Below are positions 8,559-19,949 of a DNA stretch of 64,000 nucleotides, one piece after another (positions within the stretch are counted from its first letter, which is position 1; each line of letters starts with the position of its first letter). The position numbers were made by a program, and so were the translations under genes. The notes below the pieces were generated by a model. That model worked only from the letters and a program-made list of their open reading frames with translations, made no database searches and was not told where the DNA came from. The stretch is from Myxococcota bacterium (GTDB lineage Bacteria; Myxococcota_A; Polyangia; Nannocystales; Nannocystaceae): positions 32,001 to 96,000 of the forward strand of contig JBCCHT010000038.1 of NCBI GenBank assembly GCA_039028615.1, read 5' to 3'.

Positions 8559-8618
8559 CAGCACGATGAGGACGCTCCGAGTAGGGCGAATGTTCTGAAG
8601 TCTAGACAAAGCTCACGC

Positions 8619-9584
<966 letters not shown>

Positions 9585-9642
9585 GGCGGGGAGGGTAACG
9601 CCAAACGTCGGGGTGGGGTTGGGGCGTGGTACTACCGTGGCC

Positions 9643-10743
9643 ATGCCTCATACGCATGAGCCCAACAAGGCGGTCTGCCTCGTGGTCGGCGGGATGGCAT
9701 GGCTCGGTGTCGCCGTCCCGGCCCAGGCCGACTGCGCCGACGGGCGCCCGGTGACGATGGGGCATCGGGGCACGGGAACCTCCGGGGGCAATGCGTATCC
9801 CGAGAACACGATTCCTTCGGTGCTGCAGGCGGCCAAAGAAGGCGCGACCGCGGTGGAGATCGACGTGCAGCTGTCGGCCGACGGCGTTCCCGTGCTGATG
9901 CACGACGCCCACGTCGACGGCACGACGGACGGCATGGGCTGCGTGACGGAGCTGACGGTCGCCGAGCTGCAGATGCTCGATGCGGGAGCGGGGACGCCGA
10001 TGGCCGGAGCTGGTGTCACCGTGCCCACGCTGGCCGAGGTGTTGGCCGCGTCGCCGCTGGACGTGAACGTGGAGATCAAGGCGGGGGGCGAGGGCTGTCC
10101 CGTGTTCTCCGACGAAGAGGTCGCCAGTGCGATCGTCGAGGTGCTCGCCGACGACCCGATGACGCGGCATCAGGCGGTGAGCTCGTTCGAGCTGGGCATT
10201 CTCGAGGCGGTGCGCGACCTCGATCCCGATCTTTATGTCGGCATGCTAACGGTGGGCTCGCTGACGGCCCGCGTTGCGGTGAAGGCCGGCTTCAATGCGC
10301 TGAACATCATCGACGGCGGGGTGGACGAGACCTCGGTGGCGGAGACGCGGCGGGCGGGGCTCGAGGTCAACGCGTGGACCATCGACGACCCCGGGCGCAT
10401 GCACGAGCTGTTCGAGCTGGATGTCGACGCCATCATGACGGACGAGCCGGACGTGATGGAGATGGTTCGGGCCGAACGCTGCGACGTGGGTGGCGACAGC
10501 GGGAGCACGGGAGGCTCGACCGGTGGCGCCGACGAGACGGGGGCGCCCGGTGGCACGGCCTCCGACGGAGAGTCCTCGACGAGCGAGGCGGGCAGCAGCG
10601 GTGAAGCCTCGACGACCGGGGCCGCGATGAACGACGAGGGCACCGACACCGGCTGCGGCTGCCGAGCGCAGGGCTTTGGGGGATGGGGCTCGTTCGGGTG
10701 GGCGGCGTGGAGCGTGCTGCTCATCGGTCGCCGCCGACGTTGA
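9643..10743 (+). CDS. Glycerophosphodiester phosphodiesterase with MYXO-CTERM-like sorting tail
   Basis: GHRG, PENT, EIDVQLSADGVPVLMHD, NVEIK and AWTID. An S/T/G linker leads to GCGC, a TM segment and RRRR. Confidence 0.9.
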   Translation: MPHTHEPNKAVCLVVGGMAWLGVAVPAQADCADGRPVTMGHRGTGTSGGNAYPENTIPSVLQAAKEGATAVEIDVQLSADGVPVLMHDAHVDGTTDGMGCVTELTVAELQMLDAGAGTPMAGAGVTVPTLAEVLAASPLDVNVEIKAGGEGCPVFSDEEVASAIVEVLADDPMTRHQAVSSFELGILEAVRDLDPDLYVGMLTVGSLTARVAVKAGFNALNIIDGGVDETSVAETRRAGLEVNAWTIDDPGRMHELFELDVDAIMTDEPDVMEMVRAERCDVGGDSGSTGGSTGGADETGAPGGTASDGESSTSEAGSSGEASTTGAAMNDEGTDTGCGCRAQGFGGWGSFGWAAWSVLLIGRRRR

Positions 10744-10761
10744 AGTACGGAGGGCCTGGTC

Positions 10762-11538
10762 ATGGCGCGTCTGCACCTGTTCCACTGGAAGCCGGAAGAA
10801 GCGACCCCGCGCATCGAGCAGTTGCAGCGGCTGGGGCACGAGGTCGAGTACGTGGCGACGGTGCCGACCTCGTTCAAGGCGCTGGCGAGTGCGATGCCCG
10901 ATGCGGTGGTGATCGATCTGTCGCGCTTGCCTTCGCATGGCCGCGAGGTGGCGCTGGCGATTCGCGAGCGCAAGGGGACGCGGGGGATTCCGCTGGTGTT
11001 CGTCGGCGGTGACCCGGCCAAGGTCGAGCGCCTGCGGGCGCAGCTGCCCGATGCCACCTACGCGAGCTGGCGGGGGATCAAGGGCGCGGTGAGCCGAGCG
11101 ATGAAACGCAAAGTGGCCTCGCCCGTCGTGCCCAGCGCGCGAGCCGGGGGCTACTCGGGCACTCCGTTGCCGCGCAAGCTGGGCATCAAGGCCAACATGA
11201 AGGTCGCGATCCTCGGGGCGCCCGACGGCATCGAGCAGACCCTGGGCGAGCTGCCGCCGGGGGTGGTGCTGCGAAGAGACGCTCGGGGCACGCGGGCGCT
11301 GACGCTGTGGTTCACGACCTCGGTGGGCGAGCTGCGACGGCGCATCGACAAGCTCGCCGCGCAGGTCGGCGATGGCGGGCTGTGGATCGCGTGGCCCAAG
11401 AAGACCTCGGCGCTGGCGACCGAGCTGACGCAGGCCGACGTGCGAGGGGCGGGGCTCGATGCGGGACTGGTCGACTACAAGATCTGCGCGATCGATGCCG
11501 ACTGGTCTGCACTCAAGTTCGGCAATCGAAGGGCCTAG
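10762..11538 (+). CDS. Receiver-like domain fused to DUF3052-like domain
   Basis: N-terminal PDAVVIDL..G.EV...IR...T..IPLVFVGG. C-terminal GYSGTPLPRKLGIK..LWIAWPKK..GLVDYKICAID.DWS.LKF. Confidence 0.7.
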   Translation: MARLHLFHWKPEEATPRIEQLQRLGHEVEYVATVPTSFKALASAMPDAVVIDLSRLPSHGREVALAIRERKGTRGIPLVFVGGDPAKVERLRAQLPDATYASWRGIKGAVSRAMKRKVASPVVPSARAGGYSGTPLPRKLGIKANMKVAILGAPDGIEQTLGELPPGVVLRRDARGTRALTLWFTTSVGELRRRIDKLAAQVGDGGLWIAWPKKTSALATELTQADVRGAGLDAGLVDYKICAIDADWSALKFGNRRA

Positions 11539-12155
11539 CGCTGCCCGGGTCGCGGTCCGACGCCGAGGTGTCCGTCGGGCAGCGGCTTGCCCAGCAGCTT
11601 GCCCCACGAGATGAGCACCTTGTAGGTCAGGCCCCAGATCAAGTGCTCGCGAAAACGGATGCCCGGGAAGGCGTGCATTTGCCCCTTCCACTCCCACTCG
11701 ATGGTGCCCATGCGCGACTCGTCCCAGAGGTCGGCGATGGGGATCCAGTAGGCGGCATCGACCTCGCCATCGTTGGGGCGTAGGGGTGGTCGCTCGGTGC
11801 CTACGTAGAATGCGAAGGGCATCAGGATGCCCAGCGCTCCGCTCGGTCTCAGCGGCACCGGGGGCAGGGCGCCGAGGGGCCGGGCCTGGTCGAGGTGGAG
11901 GTCGACTTCCTCGCGGGCCTCGCGAATGGCGACCGCTTGCGGGGTCGCGTCTTCAGGGTCCGCCTTGCCGCCGGGGAACGCCATCTGACCCGACCAGCGA
12001 TCGCCGGCTCGGCTCGCTCGCAAGATGAAGCACAGGTCCAGGGCGTCGGGCGGTCCGGCGAAGGCCAGCGCGACCGCGGCAATGGAGGCGCCCGGAGGCT
12101 CGGTGTCGACGGGTACGTCGGCGAGTGCGGATTGGATCTGGGCGAGGGACGGCAT
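11535..12155 (-). CDS. Nudix hydrolase, CoA pyrophosphatase-like
   Basis: RWSGQMAFPGG..AIREAREEV Nudix box and IWGLT. Confidence 0.9.
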   Translation of the reverse strand: MPSLAQIQSALADVPVDTEPPGASIAAVALAFAGPPDALDLCFILRASRAGDRWSGQMAFPGGKADPEDATPQAVAIREAREEVDLHLDQARPLGALPPVPLRPSGALGILMPFAFYVGTERPPLRPNDGEVDAAYWIPIADLWDESRMGTIEWEWKGQMHAFPGIRFREHLIWGLTYKVLISWGKLLGKPLPDGHLGVGPRPGQR

Positions 12156-12207
12156 ACGTCAGCGACGACGACGGGCGGGCCCGAGCATATCCGGTTATCG
12201 TGCGCGC

Positions 12208-12537
12208 ATGTCGGTACGCACCGAGCACGTGGTCGTCCAGGTCACCGCCGGCTCGCGATCGGAGGCGGAGCGCATTGCTGCGGCCGCGGTCGAGCAGCGC
12301 CTGGCTGCTTCCGCGCAGGTTTCTGCGCTCCGCACGTGGTATCGCTGGAAGGGCGCGGTGCACGAAGCCGACGAGCACCGGGTGGACCTGTTCACCCGAG
12401 CGGCGCGCTTCGACGCGCTGGCCGAGCTGGTGAAGGGCATGCACTCGTACGAGCTGCCGCAGGTGGTGGCGGTGCCGCTGCGCGACGGGACCCCCGAGTT
12501 CCTCGCGTGGATCGAGGACGGCAGCACGGAGGGCTGA
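12208..12537 (+). CDS. cutA: Divalent-cation tolerance protein CutA
   Basis: AERIA...VEQRLAA, WYRWKG, HSYELPQ and FLAWI. Confidence 0.9.
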   Translation: MSVRTEHVVVQVTAGSRSEAERIAAAAVEQRLAASAQVSALRTWYRWKGAVHEADEHRVDLFTRAARFDALAELVKGMHSYELPQVVAVPLRDGTPEFLAWIEDGSTEG

Positions 12538-12549
12538 GATCGGCGGCGC

Positions 12550-13194
12550 CTACGAGGCCGGGGGGGAGACCACGGTGGCTTCGGCTCGCTCGAGCAGCTC
12601 GACGTACCACTGCCGCGCCCGCTCGGTCGCGCCCGCCAGCGCGTTCGTGCCCCAGAGGATCGACAGCGTGTTCGTGGTGCCGTCGTGGGTCTTGGTGCGG
12701 TGGCTGTCTTTGACCGCGTTGGCGCAGGGGCCTTCGGCGTCGTGCAGGCACAGCAACCCGGTCAGGCGAATCTCCTGCCCGGAGGCGTTGAATACGTAGC
12801 TCGAGTCCGGCGCGGGGATGCCGATGCGCAATGGATCGCGCAGTCGGTCGACGTCCACCACGCTGATGGGGAGTCCGCTGTGCAACGAGACGACGTTACA
12901 AAGGTCTACGGCGAGATTGATGGGACCGAGCTTGCCGTCGTTGGCGGCGCGGCGAAGAAATTCCGAAGCTGGTTTGCCGCGACCCGATGGCTTGTAGCCC
13001 CCATGTCGCAGCAGGTCTCGAACCGCGGTGCGAACCTCGTCCGTGGCGGACAGCGGGGTCTCGGCCGTCGGCGATAACAACTCGACCAGCCACGAAGGAG
13101 AAGGCCTCGCTGACAATGAGTCAGTGAAGCTCGCCGACAGCCGCCCGGCATCGAGCAGCGGATGAGCGTCGATGGTCAGCGAAGGTGTGTCCAT
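12550..13194 (-). CDS. Stand-alone B3/B4 (PheRS beta editing-like) domain protein
   Basis: YKPSGRGKPASEFL.R, INLAVDLCNVVSLHSGLPISVVD.D. Confidence 0.8.
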   Translation of the reverse strand: MDTPSLTIDAHPLLDAGRLSASFTDSLSARPSPSWLVELLSPTAETPLSATDEVRTAVRDLLRHGGYKPSGRGKPASEFLRRAANDGKLGPINLAVDLCNVVSLHSGLPISVVDVDRLRDPLRIGIPAPDSSYVFNASGQEIRLTGLLCLHDAEGPCANAVKDSHRTKTHDGTTNTLSILWGTNALAGATERARQWYVELLERAEATVVSPPAS

Positions 13195-13318
13195 CAGCCC
13201 CCACCCTAACGTAATTCGGACCCCTGCTTTGAACACCCGCGCGCTGAGTAGGTACTTTCGCGGTTTACCTCGCCGGTTGATTCGCGCGACCATTGACGTC
13301 GGAAGTAGGGGATTCGAT

Positions 13319-14716
13319 ATGAAGATGCGATGGCTGTTGGCGTGCGCTCCATTGGCGATGTCTTGTGGTGGATCCGATCCGGTGACGGCGGATGGAGACG
13401 GAGACTCGGCGGGCTCGTTGACCACCCCGACGCCGTCGACCGCCGACGACTCGGCGACCAGCCAGGGCGAAGGCTCGGGGCAGGCCGAGGGCACGGGCGC
13501 GAGCAGCGGAGCGCAGACCACCAACGACGGTGAGGACGAGACCAGCCGGGGCAGTGCCGATGGCCCGATCTTCGACGTGGGCACGATCCCCGACGGTGGC
13601 AATACCGGGTGCGGCGGTCAGGCCTGCGGCGAGTCGGAGTGGAGCTACATCTGGATCGCCAACAGCAGCGAGTCCACCATCTCCAAGATCAACACCCGCA
13701 CCCTCGATGAAGAGGGGCGCTACTACACGCGGCCGGACCAGAGCGGCAACCCATCGCGGACGAGCGTGAGCGTCGACGGTCGGGCCGTCGCGGTCGCCAA
13801 CCGCATGGGCGGCGTGACCAAGGTGTGGTCGCTTCCAGAGGACTGCACCGACCTCAACGGCAACGGGATGATCGACACCTCGGCCGGCGGCGCAGCCAGC
13901 ATGCTGCCCTTCAACCAAGAGGAGTGCGTCGCCTGGTACACCGAGTTCCCGGGCGCGACCACGCAGCGCCCCGTCGCTTGGACCACGGGCACCTACAACC
14001 CGGCCACCTGCCGCTACGACGATCAGATGGTCTGGAGCTCGGCGGCGTTCGGTGGCGGTGGTACCTGGCCTTGCGACGGTGCGGACGGCATCTTCGTCTA
14101 CCGTCTCGAGGGCGAGACTGGCGTCGTGCTCGACGAGGTGCACATGCCCGACGTCACCTGCGGCAGCACGCTCGGTCCCTACGGGGCGGCCGTCGACTTC
14201 AACAACGACCTGTGGATGTACATCTGGTCGGCGGCGACGATCTTGCACGTCGAGTACGACACGCTGGACTACGAGACCTTCTCCGGCGGGTCGTACGGCA
14301 TCACCGTCGACACCAACGGTCGGGTCTGGACTGACTCGGGCAACCGCTACGACCCGGCCACGGGCACCTGGGACTCCAAGATCGGCAACCTGCCCGGCTC
14401 GGGAGGCAGCGGCGTGGCCCAAGACCAGCTGGGGCGGATCTGGACCGCGACCACCAACGGCGTCGGCTGGATCGACATGGAGACGATGGTCGTCGGCGAC
14501 ACGGTGCTGCTGCCGGAGGGCGGCCTGTACCGTGGCATCGGCGTCGACTTCGACGGCTACATCTGGGCCGTGTTGTTGGGCGGCACGACCGCCCACAAGA
14601 TCGATCCGATGACCTATGGGGTCGAGACCTTCACTGGTCTCAACAACCCATATACCTACTCCGATATGGCGGGTGGGCAGCTTAGCAGTGTCAACTGCAA
14701 CCCCCCGGCGGGCTGA
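13319..14716 (+). CDS. Lipoprotein with beta-propeller (Vgb/NHL-like) domain
   Basis: Lipobox LAMSC and S/T/G linker. YIWIANS..TISKI, PSRTSV, PYGAAVD, YGITVD..G.VW and PYTYSDM.G. Confidence 0.8.
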   Translation: MKMRWLLACAPLAMSCGGSDPVTADGDGDSAGSLTTPTPSTADDSATSQGEGSGQAEGTGASSGAQTTNDGEDETSRGSADGPIFDVGTIPDGGNTGCGGQACGESEWSYIWIANSSESTISKINTRTLDEEGRYYTRPDQSGNPSRTSVSVDGRAVAVANRMGGVTKVWSLPEDCTDLNGNGMIDTSAGGAASMLPFNQEECVAWYTEFPGATTQRPVAWTTGTYNPATCRYDDQMVWSSAAFGGGGTWPCDGADGIFVYRLEGETGVVLDEVHMPDVTCGSTLGPYGAAVDFNNDLWMYIWSAATILHVEYDTLDYETFSGGSYGITVDTNGRVWTDSGNRYDPATGTWDSKIGNLPGSGGSGVAQDQLGRIWTATTNGVGWIDMETMVVGDTVLLPEGGLYRGIGVDFDGYIWAVLLGGTTAHKIDPMTYGVETFTGLNNPYTYSDMAGGQLSSVNCNPPAG

Positions 14717-14918
14717 GCTGCGCGTTCTCGAACCGATCGTTCATCGGGGCGCCCGACGCCGAGGCGACGGCAGCGCTAGGACCGACGGTTTTGCTGTGGG
14801 TTCACGTCGCAATTGTCGTGCGAGGAATTCTGCCCCGGGAGCACCCGCAGGATTCGCGGGCAAATTAATTCTGTGAAGTCGCTGTAGTGGATACCATCGC
14901 TTTGGTGACGCCGCGGTC

Positions 14919-16724
14919 ATGATCAATCTCGTCCGGCGATACCTCGAAGGGCGATTGGGCTCGGACCTGCCGCTCGAGCTCGGGTGGAAGGTCCGGGTCT
15001 TCGGGCTCGCCTGCCTCGTGCTGGGCATCGCCGTGCTGGTGATCGCGATCAACCAGGGCAACCAGGGGCAGGTCACCGTGGCGGCGGGGATGAGCGCATT
15101 GACGCTCGTCATCTGGTCGTTGCCGCGCTTTGCCCACGACGCTCAGTCGTTGATGCGGGTCAGCCACGCGCTGATCGGCATGTGTGTCTGTGTCGTCGTC
15201 GGCCTGTCGATCATTCGCGGTGGCCTGAGCTCGCCGCTGCCGATGGCGCTGGCGCTGGTGCCCGTGCTGTCCGGCATCTTGCTCGGCGCGCGCATGATGA
15301 TGCCGTGGTCGATGGTGGCCTTGGTCTCGTTGCTGGCGCTGGGCCTGGTGCCGCAGTGGATGGGCATCTCGCTATCCGACCACTTCTCGGTCGAGGGCCA
15401 GGCGTTCTCCGGCTACTTCTCCCCGATCGTGATGCTCCTGATCATGGTGGGGCTGATTCGCATGATGCTCCAGCTCCAGGGCGTCGCGCTCGATGCCGCC
15501 CGCGTGGCCGAGCGCGAGCGCGTGGTGGCCGAGCGCTCGGCCGAGCAGCGCCGAACCGAGCACATGGCGATGGTGGGGCAGCTGGCGGTGGGCGTGGCCC
15601 ACGAGGTCAACAATCCGCTGGCCTACGTCGTCGGCAATGTCTCCTTCGTCATCGACGCCCTGCGCTCGAACGAGTCCGAGGAGTGGGGCGAGGCCATCGA
15701 CGCCCTGCAGGACGCGGCCGACGGGGCGGAGCGAATCGCTCGCATCGTCACCCGGCTCAATGCCCACGGTCGCGACGACGAAGACCAGGCAGTGCCGATC
15801 TCGCTGCGGGACAGCGTCGAGGCAGCGCTGCACATCGCGTCCAATCAGCTCCGCCACCGGGCGCGAATCGTGCGGAACTTCGACGCCGACCCCATCGTCG
15901 AGGCCGACGCGCATCGGCTGACGCAGGTCTTCCTCAACATGCTCATCAACTCGGCCCACGCCATTCCCACCGGGGAGCGCGAGGCCAACGAGATCTCCGT
16001 CAGCGTGCAGCAGCGCGACGACGAAGCCACCGTGGAAATCGTGGACACGGGCGAGGGCATCGACCCCAAGGTCCTGCCCCGCATCACCGAGCCCTTCTTC
16101 ACCACCAAGGAGGTCGGTCGGGGCACGGGCTTGGGGCTGAGCATCAGTCGGTCGATCATCGAGCGCTACGAGGGCAACCTCGAGATCAGCAGCGAGCTCG
16201 GCGTGGGCACCTGTATTCGTGTTCGCTTCCCGCTGTGTCGCAAGCTGCAGCTCGAAGCGGTCGAGGACTCCGAGCGGGTCAGCGACCCCGACGAGGGCAT
16301 GGTGCTGGTCATCGACGACGACCCGCTGGTCCGCAAGACGCTCGGGCGCATGCTGCCCGGGCGCGTGGTCGAGGCCGGCGACGTGCGGCAGGCGATCGGC
16401 AAGCTCGAGCGCGGCGAGGTCTTCCACGCCATCTTGTGCGACGTGATGATGCCCGACCAGACGGGCGTGGACTTCTACCACCAGCTCGAGCGCTCGTACC
16501 CGGCGTCGCTGTCTCGGCTGCTGTTCTTCAGCGGCGGAGTGTTCGAGGCCGAAGCCCAGAAGTTCTTCGCGACCTGCTCGATCCCGGTGCTGCAAAAGCC
16601 GCTCGATCGCAAGCGACTGCTCCAGGCCCTCGACGAGCTGCCTCCGCTGTCGCGACCCCAGGAGCTGCTCGTCGCCAATCGCGGCGAGATGCTGCACGCG
16701 GCCGGGGCCGAGTCGAGCCGCTGA
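14919..16724 (+). CDS. Membrane-bound hybrid sensor histidine kinase (HisKA-HATPase-REC)
   Basis: About 6 TMs, HEVNNPL, QVFLN, DTG.GI, PFFTTK..G.GTGLGL, and a receiver with VIDDD..CDVMMP..KP. Confidence 0.95.
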   Translation: MINLVRRYLEGRLGSDLPLELGWKVRVFGLACLVLGIAVLVIAINQGNQGQVTVAAGMSALTLVIWSLPRFAHDAQSLMRVSHALIGMCVCVVVGLSIIRGGLSSPLPMALALVPVLSGILLGARMMMPWSMVALVSLLALGLVPQWMGISLSDHFSVEGQAFSGYFSPIVMLLIMVGLIRMMLQLQGVALDAARVAERERVVAERSAEQRRTEHMAMVGQLAVGVAHEVNNPLAYVVGNVSFVIDALRSNESEEWGEAIDALQDAADGAERIARIVTRLNAHGRDDEDQAVPISLRDSVEAALHIASNQLRHRARIVRNFDADPIVEADAHRLTQVFLNMLINSAHAIPTGEREANEISVSVQQRDDEATVEIVDTGEGIDPKVLPRITEPFFTTKEVGRGTGLGLSISRSIIERYEGNLEISSELGVGTCIRVRFPLCRKLQLEAVEDSERVSDPDEGMVLVIDDDPLVRKTLGRMLPGRVVEAGDVRQAIGKLERGEVFHAILCDVMMPDQTGVDFYHQLERSYPASLSRLLFFSGGVFEAEAQKFFATCSIPVLQKPLDRKRLLQALDELPPLSRPQELLVANRGEMLHAAGAESSR

Positions 16725-16875
16725 GTCGCGCGTGACGATGCGGGGCTCGGGTGGTGCACCGCAGCGCCTCGTGCGCTGAGCGGGGCCCGGGTCGCAGGAA
16801 ACCGCGTCGAGGCCGGTGACTGGGTGTTCGCGAGCGGCCGTCGTGCGGCGGGGCGAGATCGGTATGCTGGCGCCG

Positions 16876-18165
16876 ATGAGCCACCTCGCTCCCGTTCCGC
16901 CCCCGGCCGACGACGACGAACGGCACGATGCCTCGACGCCGAAGTCGACCCGGAGCTGGACGCAGGATCTGCGAGCGGGCGTGCGTCGTCCCGAGGATCT
17001 GCGCCGCCTACCCGTGGTGCCGCCCGCGGACGTGGCCGAGGCCTTCAAGGTCCGCGTGCCCGCGTCGTACCTCGAGCGCATCGACTGGAGCGACCCCGAA
17101 GACCCGCTGAGGCGACAGGCGATTCCGGCGGCCGAGGAGCTCGAGTTCTTGCCGGGGGAGCGCACCGACCCGATCGGCGACGCTGCCCACAGCCCGGTCC
17201 CGCACCTGACCCATCGCTATCCCGACCGGGTACTGCTGTACCCCACGTACATCTGCTCGATGTACTGCCGGCATTGCTTCCGCAAGGAGTCGCTCAACGA
17301 GGACGACAAGGGGGTCTCGCTGCGGGCGTTGGAGCCGGCCTTGGCCTATGTCGCGGCGCGGCCGGAGATCTGCGAGGTCATCCTGACCGGGGGCGATCCG
17401 CTGACGCTGAGCGACGCCCAGCTGGCCAAGCTGCGCGGGCGGATCGAAGCGATCGAGCATATCCGCCTGCTGCGGATCCATACCCGCGTCCCGGTGACCC
17501 TGCCGACGCGGGTGACGCCCGGGCTCGTCGATGCGCTGCGGGGTCGGTTGATGACCGCGGTGGTGACCCACTTCAACCACCCGCGGGAGATCGGAGACGA
17601 TGCGGTCGTGGCCTGTCGTCGCCTTCGCGAGGCGGGCTTCATGCTGCTCAACCAGGCGGTCTTGCTGAAGGGGGTCAACGACGACCCCGAGACCATGGCG
17701 ACCTTGCTGCGGGAGCTGGTCTATACCCTGGGGGCCAAGCCGTACTACTTGCATCACTGCGATCTGACCCGGGGGGTCTCGCACTTTCGTACGAGCATCG
17801 ATCAGGGGCTGGAGATCATGCGCTCGCTTCGAGGCGAAGTCTCCGGGCTCTGCGTGCCGCACTACATGCTCGACCTGCCCGGCGGGCACGGCAAGGTGCC
17901 GCTGAGTCCCGAGGTCGTGCGGCACCGCGAGGGCGAGCGGTGGCGCTTCGAGGCGTGGGACGGGCGCGTGCACGACTACGAGGAACAGCTGCGCTCCGAG
18001 CCCGAGTCGGCGCAGCCGCCCAGCGAGTTCGACCAGGCCGTCGCGGCCGCGCGACAGATGGTCGAGCACGGCGCGCGGGCGCTGAGCGAAGCGACGGCGC
18101 GCCGCGGGGCCGGCCTATGGGCACAGGCCCGTCGCCGCCTGGCGGGGCTGCGCGGCAAGGCTTGA
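16876..18165 (+). CDS. KamA/EpmB-family lysine 2,3-aminomutase-like radical SAM enzyme
   Basis: THRYPDRVL, CSMYCRHCFRK, LTGGDPL, HFNHP.E, NQAVLLKGVND, PYYLH and DLPGGHGK. Confidence 0.9.
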   Translation: MSHLAPVPPPADDDERHDASTPKSTRSWTQDLRAGVRRPEDLRRLPVVPPADVAEAFKVRVPASYLERIDWSDPEDPLRRQAIPAAEELEFLPGERTDPIGDAAHSPVPHLTHRYPDRVLLYPTYICSMYCRHCFRKESLNEDDKGVSLRALEPALAYVAARPEICEVILTGGDPLTLSDAQLAKLRGRIEAIEHIRLLRIHTRVPVTLPTRVTPGLVDALRGRLMTAVVTHFNHPREIGDDAVVACRRLREAGFMLLNQAVLLKGVNDDPETMATLLRELVYTLGAKPYYLHHCDLTRGVSHFRTSIDQGLEIMRSLRGEVSGLCVPHYMLDLPGGHGKVPLSPEVVRHREGERWRFEAWDGRVHDYEEQLRSEPESAQPPSEFDQAVAAARQMVEHGARALSEATARRGAGLWAQARRRLAGLRGKA

Positions 18166-18210
18166 GGCTTGCAGTTCAGTCGCCGCACGTAAATTCGATA
18201 GGGGGCGCCC

Positions 18211-18708
18211 GTGCGCTCCGCCTTGCTCGTATTCGCGTCGTTGCTCGCGTGCCGCCCTCCTGCGGGGACGGACGCAAATCCCGAGCCGGCCCCGGTCGTG
18301 GAGTCGGCCACCGTCGCGTTCGAGCACGTGCCCACCGAAGGGCGCACCCTGCTGCCCGGGCTCATCGACGCGCATACCCATGTCCAGATGCCGAAGCAGC
18401 TCGAGCGAGCGCTGGCCTTCGGGGTCACCACCGAGATCGACATGTTCACCACCGACGAGGTGGCGGCGGGCCTCCGGGGACCGGCCACGAACCGGGCAGA
18501 GCTGGTGTCGGCGAGCGTGCTCGCCACCGCGCCGGGTGGGCACGGCACGGAGTACGGCATCACCATCCCCACCGTTTCGAAGGGGTCGATGCAGGGGCTG
18601 ATCCATGCCCGGCAGCTGGGCTTCATGCCGGCCATGACCTCGGTCCGGCTCGAGGGCGCGTGGACCGAGCACGCACTCGACATCCGGGACCTGGTGGCCG
18701 AGCCTTAG
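18211..18708 (+). pseudogene. Truncated amidohydrolase-family lipoprotein remnant
   Basis: GRTLLPGLIDAHTH, FGVTT..DM and TAPGGHG are present, but the ORF is only 165 aa and lacks the rest of the TIM barrel. Confidence 0.6.
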
Positions 18709-18800
18709 GACGTGGTGGCCATCTTCTTTGGCGGTCCGCCGCAGGCGGGGCCCTTCGCGTTTCAGCTCGACGACGTGCGCCTTCGGTGACCGGGACTTCG

Positions 18801-18837
18801 AAAACACGAAGGCCGGGCCCTTGCGGGACCGGCCTTC
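18801..18837 (-). terminator. Probable intrinsic terminator
   Basis: Hairpin GAAGGCCGG..CCGGCCTTC (18808-18837) followed by GTGTTTT on the minus strand. Confidence 0.5.
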
Positions 18838-18937
18838 AACGGGAGCGGTGACAAAGTGTGATCGGACGAAGGTCCCCGGGGCTCGACCACGTGAGTCGAT
18901 CCCTCGTGCCGCGGGAAAGCGGCGACGACTGAGCGGG

Positions 18938-19153
18938 CTACGCGGCGGCGTCGACCCGGCGACCGAGCTTGTCCAAACCGGCTTGGATCAAGCTGGACCA
19001 CAGCTGGGCCTGCTCGAAGGTCGCGCTGGCGTCGACTCCGGGCTGGCGAGCGAGCGCAGCAAGCGCCTGCTCGAGGCGAACGGTGGCATCGAAGAGGCTG
19101 CGCTCGGCGGCGTGCAACAGCGCATCGGCTTGTTCGTCGTACATGGGGTCCAT
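18938..19153 (-). CDS. Small helical hypothetical protein (71 aa)
   Basis: ATG with upstream GGGAAG, an amphipathic helical sequence and a downstream terminator-like hairpin. Confidence 0.5.
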   Translation of the reverse strand: MDPMYDEQADALLHAAERSLFDATVRLEQALAALARQPGVDASATFEQAQLWSSLIQAGLDKLGRRVDAAA

Positions 19154-19418
19154 GACAGTGTCTTCCCGTTTGCAAGGCGATCGTGAGTGATCGCCATGTA
19201 TTCAGCATGACCTCCCAATAAAGCCGTGCGAGGTCGAAGACGTTACAAATCGACGAAAATTTGACTTTTACGGCCAAATTTCTCATGTCGAAGGGTTGCA
19301 ATTAAGAGATCCCGGGATCTCTCCGCCTCGCGCGCCGGTTCAGGAGCCGAAATTGCCCGGCGTAGTGCGTGGTGTGCCGATCAGCGAGCGAATGCCACAG
19401 GTGTGTGTCGAACCACCA

Positions 19419-19949
19419 TCACAATTGGGCATTGTCGGGGTCGATGCGTCGGGCGGTGATCAACAACGCGGCAATGAGAGTGCCGAGCCATATGCTGATC
19501 ACCACCGAGTATGCCGAATGCGGAATGGTGACTTCACCCGCACGCATCGCTCCATAAAGTGACGCGACACCGACGAGTGTGCCCACGATGAGACCGACCA
19601 GGGGTCGCGCGCGCAACGGGTGCAACGCATATGCGGTGGTGGTGCCAATCAGCGCCCACGACGACGGCAGCCACGCCGGAAAGGGCAGGGGCGACAGGGG
19701 GTGCACGAAGGGCATGAGCCCCGCGAGGGCCAAGACCGTTTCGCCGACCGTGCCGATGGCGGCGCCCGCGAGCAGCAGTCGGAGGTCGCGACTGCGTCGG
19801 CGCGACACGGCGATGGCCAACAGCACCGCGATCCACGAAAGCCCAATGCCGAGCGCGTGTCGATCGAAGGCCGCGGCGAGCAGCGGACCCGCTGCGCCGA
19901 GCTGGAGCAGACCGAGGTTGATGCGATTGGCGCGACGATCGACGGGCAT
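19419..19949 (-). CDS. DUF2878-like membrane protein
   Basis: N.GLLQ.G, G..GETVL...GL..F, P.WL...WAL..T.....L..L, and SLYGA.R.G. Confidence 0.6.
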   Translation of the reverse strand: MPVDRRANRINLGLLQLGAAGPLLAAAFDRHALGIGLSWIAVLLAIAVSRRRSRDLRLLLAGAAIGTVGETVLALAGLMPFVHPLSPLPFPAWLPSSWALIGTTTAYALHPLRARPLVGLIVGTLVGVASLYGAMRAGEVTIPHSAYSVVISIWLGTLIAALLITARRIDPDNAQL

